64,000 bases of DNA, from assembly GCA_965209155.1 (NCBI GenBank), contig OZ242383.1:2784001-2848000 (forward strand), in the 5' to 3' direction. The notes beneath the pieces are model-generated. The model worked only from the letters and a program-made list of their open reading frames with translations, was not told where the DNA came from and searched no databases. Position numbers and translations under genes: made by a program. Below, piece by piece: positions 31,358 to 39,339 of this stretch (the stretch's first letter is position 1; each line of letters starts with the position of its first letter). The DNA is from a bacterium (GTDB lineage: Bacteria; SAR324; NAC60-12).

Positions 31358-32596
31358 TTAGTTAAAAAGCTCTTTTTGCTGCGTGGTGATCCACTGGTAA
31401 CGAACCGGCTTGGATAGTTTCTTTAATTTCTGATCAGCACGGGCCTGCTCAAGCCAGATTTTGAGTTGGGTCTTGTGAATTTGTAATGCACCAGCTAATT
31501 CGTCAGGAGTCTTCGGGATGTCTTTGCACAGGACTCGAGCATTTGAGAGAAATAGATCATATTCATTACTTTCGTAGACAGGGGAAAGGGTCCCGTTATT
31601 CTCTTTAACGGTATTGACGGGATGATCCGATATCACTGGCATTGTTTTTGAGGGATTGTTTTCTGCGAGATTCGTCGAAAACAGCGCTTTGAGATCAACG
31701 TTTTCTATATTCTCCGATACCCATGCAGCACCCTTGTTGACAATTGCCGCATTTCCGGATTTTTTCTCAGCAGTTCGTTTCACCCAAAGCGGAACCCATT
31801 GCTTTCGGAGATTTTCCATCGCGCCATTCCAAGTGCCGCCCTTTTCACCAGAATGAACCACCAATGCTGCATCAGAAAGGCAATAAATGTATTTGTTACG
31901 CTGCATGGCATGGCCCACGTTGAACCCAGCTTCGGGATAAAAAGTCGAAATGAGTACGAGATTGTTCGCCATCAAGTGTTTGCGATACCTGACGCTCGAG
32001 CAGGCTCTCAAGAGGCTGTCGGCAAGCACGCCAATCACAGTGCCTTCTACTTCGAGAGCGCCGCGCATGGATGCCTCATCAACCCCTCTCGCACCTCCCG
32101 AAACGACTGAATAACCAGTCTGCGCAGCCCGAGCACCAAACTCATGACTATAGGCCAAATCCTCATTCGTCGCATTGCGGGAGCCTACGACCGCTAAGCC
32201 ACCACCGTTGAGTAAGGCCCTGTTGCCGCAACCGAACACGACGGCAGGAGAGTCGGTTCCCAAGCGATCTTTAAATCGTGTCGGGTAATCCGGGTCCGAT
32301 TTCGTCATAATCCATAGCCCCACACGTAACCATTTCTCCAGGGCCAGCGCAAGGGCGGAACCGCGATGCATCAGAGCCTCGACACGATTCAGAGTAATGG
32401 CCTTGTCTGACCATCCATTTAAGTGTTTATCGAGACTTCCTGTCATCAGGTGCCCCGGGGTCAGAGCGCGCTCTCCAAGCCAACCCGTAAAACGCCCCCA
32501 TTCTTTGAGTGTCAATGGCTTGACCGCTTCATTCTTCGTATTTGAAAAATGCGCCGTCAGCAACAAGATCGCCTGTGTATTGCTCGATACCGACAT
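31358..32596 (-). CDS. dprA: DprA/Smf family DNA-processing protein
   Basis: LAVVGSRNA, VVSGGARGVD, AMQRNKYIY, GGTWNGA; ATG 32596 taken as native start. Confidence 0.85.
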   Translation of the reverse strand: MSVSSNTQAILLLTAHFSNTKNEAVKPLTLKEWGRFTGWLGERALTPGHLMTGSLDKHLNGWSDKAITLNRVEALMHRGSALALALEKWLRVGLWIMTKSDPDYPTRFKDRLGTDSPAVVFGCGNRALLNGGGLAVVGSRNATNEDLAYSHEFGARAAQTGYSVVSGGARGVDEASMRGALEVEGTVIGVLADSLLRACSSVRYRKHLMANNLVLISTFYPEAGFNVGHAMQRNKYIYCLSDAALVVHSGEKGGTWNGAMENLRKQWVPLWVKRTAEKKSGNAAIVNKGAAWVSENIENVDLKALFSTNLAENNPSKTMPVISDHPVNTVKENNGTLSPVYESNEYDLFLSNARVLCKDIPKTPDELAGALQIHKTQLKIWLEQARADQKLKKLSKPVRYQWITTQQKELFN

Positions 32597-32701
32597 TCCA
32601 TCCCCCACGCTCGTCGAGGCCAACGCAACCGGAAAGACCGGCCCACTTCCCACCTGCCGTAATAAGGCGGCCAGTACGGTCATCGTCCACCCGGAATCTA
32701 T
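32597..32701 (-). pseudogene. Probable C-terminal remnant of a RecQ-PRTase protein, in frame with dprA
   Basis: IDSGWTMTVLAALLRQVGSGPVFPVALAST resembles the PRTase/ComF-like tail of RecQ helicases that precede this DprA type. Confidence 0.55.
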
Positions 32702-32761
32702 TTGTCACTCTGGCAAAAGGGATTTACCGAATAGGATGGGATGGACGGAATGGCCGGGCTT

Positions 32762-33154
32762 TTATTTGAGATTCCATGATTGCAACTCGTGTTCGATAAA
32801 AAAATCCACATGGTATTGAAATCGTTCGGTGTCACCCACTCCCTGCCATGATTCTTCACGAAAAGAATCGTAGGTTTGGATGAGAATATAGCGCATTGCT
32901 TCCAAAAGATTCTCAGCAGGGATTCCATTTTCATGCAATTTCTCCCTGGCCTTGGTCAATACGGGACGAGGGAGTTTGAGAATATAGCTATCGTTTTCCA
33001 CATGAAATTCAATGAATCCGGATTTTTCAATGATGGCGGTGCCCGTAAAATACGATTCATAAAGGACGTTTCCTTCATCCGCATGAAGCGGATAAATGAT
33101 GAGTGAACAGAAAATAACGAGAAACCATCTTTGAAAAATATTTCCTGAATTCAT
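32762..33154 (-). CDS. Hypothetical exported protein
   Basis: AAGGAG RBS; signal peptide ending LHA-DE. Confidence 0.55.
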   Translation of the reverse strand: MNSGNIFQRWFLVIFCSLIIYPLHADEGNVLYESYFTGTAIIEKSGFIEFHVENDSYILKLPRPVLTKAREKLHENGIPAENLLEAMRYILIQTYDSFREESWQGVGDTERFQYHVDFFIEHELQSWNLK

Positions 33155-33187
33155 TTCAAAATTCTCCTTCCCCAATCATTAATATGC

Positions 33188-33358
33188 GAATCAGGAGTTG
33201 AAATTTAATTTATAAAATCAATAATTTTATAATTATGATGTGTCATGCTGGTCCCGGATCAAGTCCGGGACCAGGATGATCCGGCATCCAAAATATCGCT
33301 CGTATCCCCCCGGATTCCTGGTCAAGCCAGGAATGACACATTTTCCAACTCCTGATTC
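33188..33358. mobile_element. MITE-like element type A with internal REP hairpins
   Basis: 13-bp terminal inverted repeats GAATCAGGAGTTG / CAACTCCTGATTC; related to 41715-42076 and 48810-48945. Confidence 0.7.
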
Positions 33359-33666
33359 ACGTTCATTAATTTAAAAGACTTAGAAAACAGTCGATTGATA
33401 TTAGTCCCATTTCAAGAGTTGTCAAGAAATTTCCCTTGTCATCCACCGGTTTTTTGCATATGTTGGGCTCATGCAGTGGAACGCAAGCCGGTTTGCCGGG
33501 TTATCCGGTGAATACCAGAGTCCCATTCACAGGCCGGGTGGTGGCCACACCTGGCAAGGACGAAAAGTCGGGACCTCTTCTCAATCCGGTTTGGGCTCAG
33601 TTGCAAAAAACCCGATGCCCTGTCTTTAAAGAGCGTCATCTTCTTACATTGTATAGGATGAGGAAA

Positions 33667-34083
33667 ATGAAATTGTCACTTTTGTTCCTGTTTGTTTTTA
33701 TGATTCCTTCCACCATGGTCGCGGCAGACTCTCTTGGTGTCGGCTATGTACGATGTTATGGTGGAGATAGCTGTACCTTCGACACGGCCAATATTCCCGA
33801 AGTTTTTGGTGATAAAATCAACGTACGCGTTGCGGGAGTCGACACTCCGTTAATTAGAGGAAAATGTGAACTCGAGCAATCACGCGCAAAGGAAGCCAGA
33901 GATTTTGTCAGAGCCACGCTTGCCGGAGCAAACCAAATTGACTTGATGTCTTGCAAACGCGGAAAATATTTTCGCCTGGTTTGTAAGGTGATTGTTGATG
34001 GAAAAGACCTGGCGGAAATCTTAGTGGAAAGAGGTTATGCCAGAAAATATGACGGAGGGGAGCGAGGATCCTGGTGTCATTGA
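33667..34083 (+). CDS. Small exported thermonuclease-family protein
   Basis: Signal peptide; RCYGGDS, VRVAGVDTP.IRGKC, GKYFRL, GYARKYDGG. Confidence 0.8.
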   Translation: MKLSLLFLFVFMIPSTMVAADSLGVGYVRCYGGDSCTFDTANIPEVFGDKINVRVAGVDTPLIRGKCELEQSRAKEARDFVRATLAGANQIDLMSCKRGKYFRLVCKVIVDGKDLAEILVERGYARKYDGGERGSWCH

Positions 34084-34127
34084 GACAGGACAAAGGCCAA
34101 TCTCAATGCTTTCGTCCTCTGACAGAA

Positions 34128-35414
34128 TCACTCGAAAGGAGAGAGGAGCCGGGCCAGGAGACCTCGTTTGCGATTTCGCTTTGTGGTACCAAAACTTCCC
34201 TGTCCGCCGCGCAGTCGGGGATCGAGTAAGTCTCTCACCGCGTCTCCGAACATGTTGAGCGAGTAGACGACAATCGTCAGGGCAAGCCCGGGCCAGAGCG
34301 CCAGCCAGGGTGCTTGCTGCATGTATTCGCTCCCTTCCCGGCTGAGCATGCCGCCCCAACTGGGAATCTGGGCGGGAAGTCCGAACCCGAGAAAGCTCAG
34401 TGACGCCTCGGCAATGATGACACCGCCAATGTTGATCGAGAAAATGATGATGAGAGGCGGCATGATGTTGGGCAGGACATGGCGGACCAGGATATGGCTC
34501 GTAGGGACGCCTACGGCTTTGGCTGCCAGAAAATAGTCATTCTCTTTGATGCCGATCACCGCTCCCCGGACGACCCGGGAGCCGCCGATGCCTCCGGTGA
34601 TCCCCAGGACCACGATGATCTGGAGAAGCCCCTGTCCCACGATGGACATGATGGTCAGCAAGAGCAGCAGTCCGGGGAACGCCATCCATGCGTCGACAAA
34701 GCGTTGTACCGCCAGGTCCACTTTCCCTCCAAGGAATCCGGAAATGACGCCGATCAGGGCAGCCACCACCACATTCAGCGCGGTTGCGGCCAGACCGACA
34801 ATCAAGGAAAGCCGTGCCCCGAAGATGAGGCGGCTCAATAAATCTCGCCCCAGGTGGTCGGTCCCCAAAAGGTACCGGATGGATGAGCCCTGCAGCCGGT
34901 CGGCCAGGTGTAATTTCACATAACCATAGGGGGCCAGCACATCGGCAAAGAAGGCCATGATAATCAAGAGCAAGATGACCATCCCGATGAGGGCATTCTT
35001 GATGACGTGCCGGATCACCACGACCCGCTCCTTGAGCCCCTTGGACCAGGCGGTGCGGATATAGTCCTGCCTTAAGACCTCCAGCATCATCGTGCGCGTC
35101 AGCCGCATAGTGGCCGCCGCCATCGCAGTCCCCAGAATCAGGCTGGGAATGATGAGGATGCCTAGATTCTCCAGCGGATTTTCGGAGAAAGGAATCCACT
35201 TCATCGGCGGCGACCAGCCCCACCAGATGGACGGATAGAGCATCACCATCATGCCTAGCCAGAAGTTCGGCGTGGCCAGGCCGATGACGGCGATAGAGCG
35301 CCCAGCGTAATCAGCGGCGGTATCCTGACGAATCGCCGAGTAGATACCAACCGGCAGCGCGATCAGCAGCCCGATGAGAATGGCCAATAACCCCAGCTCA
35401 AGGCTGATGGGCAA
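34128..35414 (-). pseudogene. Chimeric OppB-OppC permease (deleted duplicate of 37291-39181)
   Basis: 34986-35414 matches 38459-38887 and about 34170-34985 matches about 37335-38151; in-frame join; oppB 5' end missing. Confidence 0.8.
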
Positions 35415-35576
35415 TTGATTTTATTGTTCGGATTGCCATCAAAATACGGATGTTATGGAGATGGGTGAACATCATCTTTTCAGGGGATAGCCTACTATTT
35501 CCCATTCTCATGATTGCGGGAAAGAGGGAAAAGTGATAAACCGGAGGAGATTCAAGCAATTCTTTGGAGAAAATAG

Positions 35577-37256
35577 ATGAAACTGCCTTATGGGATCAGC
35601 AATTTTGCCCGTCTGATTGAAGATGGGTATGCTTATGTGGACAAGACGCGCTATATTGAACAATTGGAAAATGAACCGGCGCCCTATCTCTTTTTCTTGA
35701 GACCCCGTCGATTTGGCAAGTCATTGTTCATTTCCATGTTGAGCTACTACTATGGCCTGGAGCACCAGGAACGATTTGATGCTCTATTTGGTTCCTATAC
35801 CATCGGAGCCCATCCCACTCCCCGAGCGAATACCTACCATGTGCTTGATTTTGAGTTCAGCCGGATTGATACCAGTACCCCGGAACACACACAGAAAGGC
35901 TTTTTACAAAATGTGTTGGCAGGAGTCCGCGACTTTGAACAACGCTATGACAGGACCCTTCAAGATTATTCGGATTATGACAATCCGGCTGATGTGCTCA
36001 AAGCCTTCTTTGTCACTCATCGAGACAAAAAGATTTACCTGTTAATTGATGAGTATGATCATTTTGCCAATGAAATCTTGAGTTTTCATTTTGAACATTT
36101 CAGCGACATCATCAGTCGTAACGGCTTTGTCCGAAAATTCTATGAAACCATTAAAGCCGCGACAGGTAAAGGCATTGTGGATCGGTTGTTTGTGACCGGA
36201 GTGACTCCCATCACCCTCGATAGTTTGACCAGCGGGTTCAATATCGCTCAGAATTGCTCTACCCGAAAAGCGACCAATGCAATGATGGGGTTTACCGAAC
36301 AGGAACTCGTGGATTTGATGGAAGCGATGGGTTCATTCGGTCAAATGCAGAGAGACACCGCCATCACGTATTTACGTCAGTGGTATAATGGCTATTTGTT
36401 TCATGCGAAAGCGCCCTCACGAATCTATAATCCCGACATGGTCCTCTATCTTTTTACCACATGGCATCAAGAGGAGGAATATCCCGAGAAGCTGATCGAC
36501 CTCAATATAGCCAGTGATTATGGAAAAATCCGGCGTCTGTTTCAACTGAAAGATCCTGATCAGAACTATCAGGTGATCGATCAGCTGATTCACGATGGAT
36601 TTGTCACCTCTCAATTGACCGAACAGTTTAGTTTTGAACGGGAGTTCACCCGGCAGGACTTTATCAGTTTGCTGTTTTACATGGGCTTCATCAGTATCAA
36701 AGAGGCCCAGTTTAATAATCTACACTTTGTCATTCCCAACTTTGTAATCAAAGGATTGTACTGGGAGTTTTTTCTAGAATGGATCAAAGAGCAAAACGCT
36801 CTGAGTTTTGAAGTGACTGATGTGCGTCAGGCGGTGATGGAGTTAGCACAAAATAATGATCTTCAGCCCTTTCTCAACTTGATTGAAAACACGCTGCAAA
36901 CACTCTCCAACCGGGATTTTATCCAATTTGATGAAAAATACATCAAGGTCTTGTTTGTCGCTTTTGCCAGTCTGGCCAATCTCTATTACATCCAAAGCGA
37001 ACAGGAGAGCGAACAAAAGTATGTCGATGTCCTCTTTCTTCATCGCCCTCCCTATTTCCCCAACTACCAGTTTGCCTTTGAGTTGAAGTATCTCAAAAAA
37101 AGCGAAAGCGCTCAATTGGAAACCACCGTCCAAGCAGCCACGGTTCAGTTACAGGGTTATTTACAAAGTGAAGCTTTGCTACGGTTGGACAACCTGAAAG
37201 CCTATGTGATTGTCTTTGTAGGCCCCGAGGTTATGGCCGTCGAAACCGTTGCTTGA
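35577..37256 (+). CDS. AAA-ATPase-like protein with C-terminal PD-(D/E)xK nuclease domain
   Basis: LPYGI..F, YVDKT, RPRRFGKSL, LIDEYD, WYNGY, D...FELKY, QL.GY. Confidence 0.9.
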   Translation: MKLPYGISNFARLIEDGYAYVDKTRYIEQLENEPAPYLFFLRPRRFGKSLFISMLSYYYGLEHQERFDALFGSYTIGAHPTPRANTYHVLDFEFSRIDTSTPEHTQKGFLQNVLAGVRDFEQRYDRTLQDYSDYDNPADVLKAFFVTHRDKKIYLLIDEYDHFANEILSFHFEHFSDIISRNGFVRKFYETIKAATGKGIVDRLFVTGVTPITLDSLTSGFNIAQNCSTRKATNAMMGFTEQELVDLMEAMGSFGQMQRDTAITYLRQWYNGYLFHAKAPSRIYNPDMVLYLFTTWHQEEEYPEKLIDLNIASDYGKIRRLFQLKDPDQNYQVIDQLIHDGFVTSQLTEQFSFEREFTRQDFISLLFYMGFISIKEAQFNNLHFVIPNFVIKGLYWEFFLEWIKEQNALSFEVTDVRQAVMELAQNNDLQPFLNLIENTLQTLSNRDFIQFDEKYIKVLFVAFASLANLYYIQSEQESEQKYVDVLFLHRPPYFPNYQFAFELKYLKKSESAQLETTVQAATVQLQGYLQSEALLRLDNLKAYVIVFVGPEVMAVETVA

Positions 37257-37290
37257 GGTTATTCCCCATTCATAAAAAATGATCGCGCAC

Positions 37291-38232
37291 TTACCATTTG
37301 AAGGGGTTGATCAGCCGGGTCAGGAGGCCTCGTTTGCGTTTTCCCGTCGCAGCGCCGTAACTGCCCTGTCCGCCGCGCAGTCGGGGATCGAGCAAGTCTC
37401 TCACCGCGTCTCCGAACATGTTGAGCGAGTAGACGACAATCGTCAGGGCAAGCCCGGGCCAGAGCGCCAGCCAGGGTGCTTGCTGCATGTATTCGCTCCC
37501 TTCCCGGCTGAGCATGCCGCCCCAACTGGGAATCTGGGCGGGAAGTCCGAACCCGAGAAAGCTCAGTGACGCCTCGGCAATGATGACGCCGCCAATGTTG
37601 ATCGAGAAAATGATGATGAGGGGCGGCATGATGTTGGGCAGGACATGGCGGACCAGGATTTGGCTTGTAGGGACGCCTACGGCTTTGGCTGCCAGAAAAT
37701 AGTCATTCTCTTTGATGCCGATCACCGCTCCCCGGACGACCCGGGAGCCGCCGATGCCTCCGGTGATCCCCAGGACCACGATGATCTGGAGAAGCCCCTG
37801 TCCCACGATGGACATGATGGTCAGCAAGAGCAGCAGTCCGGGGAACGCCATCCATGCGTCGACAAAGCGTTGTACCGCCAGGTCCACTTTCCCTCCAAGG
37901 AATCCGGAAATGACGCCGATCAGGGCAGCCACCACCACATTCAGCGCGGTTGCGGCCAGACCGACAATCAAGGAAAGCCGTGCCCCGAAGATGAGGCGGC
38001 TCAATAAATCTCGCCCCAGGTGGTCGGTCCCCAAAAGGTACCGGATGGATGAGCCCTGCAGCCGGTCGGCCAGGTGTAATTTCGCATAACCATAAGGGGC
38101 CAGCACATCGGCAAAGAGGGCCACGATAATCAAGAGCAAGATGACCATCCCACTGAAGGTCCCCAGCGGTTTCTCTTGCCACAGCCGGATGAAGAAATCC
38201 GCAAATCGGCTTCGTTGCCTGGACTCACTCAT
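37291..38232 (-). CDS. OppC/DppC-type permease
   Basis: LGTDHLGRD, PSWGGML, GDAVRDLLDPR. Confidence 0.92.
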   Translation of the reverse strand: MSESRQRSRFADFFIRLWQEKPLGTFSGMVILLLIIVALFADVLAPYGYAKLHLADRLQGSSIRYLLGTDHLGRDLLSRLIFGARLSLIVGLAATALNVVVAALIGVISGFLGGKVDLAVQRFVDAWMAFPGLLLLLTIMSIVGQGLLQIIVVLGITGGIGGSRVVRGAVIGIKENDYFLAAKAVGVPTSQILVRHVLPNIMPPLIIIFSINIGGVIIAEASLSFLGFGLPAQIPSWGGMLSREGSEYMQQAPWLALWPGLALTIVVYSLNMFGDAVRDLLDPRLRGGQGSYGAATGKRKRGLLTRLINPFKW

Positions 38233-39181
38233 AGCGCACCCGCGGGTCCAAATAGGGATAAATCAGGTCGATGAGGAGATTGAACAGCACCACGCCGGTG
38301 GCGAAAAACAGGTTGACTCCGGAGATCAGCGGGTAGTCCCGGTCGGTGAGGGCTTTCACCATGAGACGTCCGAGCCCCGGCAGGTTGAAGATGTTCTCCA
38401 TGATCACCGCCCCCCCGATCAGGATCGGCAACTGCAAGCCGATCAGGGAGACCACCGGGATGAGGGCATTTTTGATGGTGTGGCGTATAATCACGATCCG
38501 CTCCTTGAGCCCCTTGGACCAGGCGGTGCGGATATAGTCCTGCCTTAAGACCTCCAGCATCATCGTGCGCGTCAGCCGCATAGTGGCCGCCGCCATCGCC
38601 GTCCCCAGAATCAGGCTGGGAATGATGAGGATGCCTAGATTCTCCAGCGGATTTTCGGAGAAAGGAATCCACTTCATCGGCGGCGACCAGCCCCACCAGA
38701 TGGACGGATAGAGCATCACCATCATGCCTAGCCAGAAGTTCGGCGTGGCCAGGCCGATGACGGCGATAGAGCGCCCAGCGTAATCAGCGGCGGTATCCTG
38801 ACGAATCGCCGAGTAGATGCCAACCGGCAGCGCGATCAGCAGCCCGATGAGGATGGCCAATAACCCCAGCTCAAGGGTGATGGGCAAGCGACGCAATATC
38901 TTTACCTCTACCGTCTCCCTGCTGCCCACCAGTGAATGACCGAGGCTGCCGTGCAGGACAATACCTCCTAGCCAGCGCCCATACTGCACGTAGGCAGGCA
39001 CGTCTAATCCCAGCATACGCTCCAGCGCCTCACGGTCTACGTCAACCATGAATTCCGTCTTACCCAACATGGAGTCGATGACATCGCCCGGGATGAAGCG
39101 AACCGAAAAAAAGACGATGAGGCTCAAGATGAGCAGGGTGGGGATGATCAGCAATAAGCGCCTGATGATATAGGCTCTCAT
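38225..39181 (-). CDS. OppB/DppB-type permease
   Basis: YIIRRLL, MLEVLRQDYIRTA.SKGL, LDPRVRY. Confidence 0.92.
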   Translation of the reverse strand: MRAYIIRRLLLIIPTLLILSLIVFFSVRFIPGDVIDSMLGKTEFMVDVDREALERMLGLDVPAYVQYGRWLGGIVLHGSLGHSLVGSRETVEVKILRRLPITLELGLLAILIGLLIALPVGIYSAIRQDTAADYAGRSIAVIGLATPNFWLGMMVMLYPSIWWGWSPPMKWIPFSENPLENLGILIIPSLILGTAMAAATMRLTRTMMLEVLRQDYIRTAWSKGLKERIVIIRHTIKNALIPVVSLIGLQLPILIGGAVIMENIFNLPGLGRLMVKALTDRDYPLISGVNLFFATGVVLFNLLIDLIYPYLDPRVRYE

Positions 39182-39224
39182 CTCACACTCCTTATCGTGG
39201 CAAGTTAAGCCCTATTTTAGTATG

Positions 39225-39330
39225 TTCCCCCCTTTCGCAAAGGTGGGCCGGGAGGGCAGGGACGAGGGGGGATTTCATCGTACAAACCACGTAAAATCCC
39301 CCTAAGTCCCCCTTTTTCAAAGGGGAACTT
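39225..39330. repeat. Inverted pair of CCCCCTTT..AAAGGGG hairpin repeats
   Basis: TTCCCCCCTTTCGCAAAGGTGGG...GGGGGGATTT facing AAATCCCCCTAAGTCCCCCTTTTTCAAAGGGGAACTT. Confidence 0.6.
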
Positions 39331-39339
39331 GTTCCAGCA

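Noticed and set aside
33436..33666. N-terminal extension of the thermonuclease in the ORF track
   Set aside because: The signal peptide begins near 33667; the upstream part looks like structured non-coding sequence.
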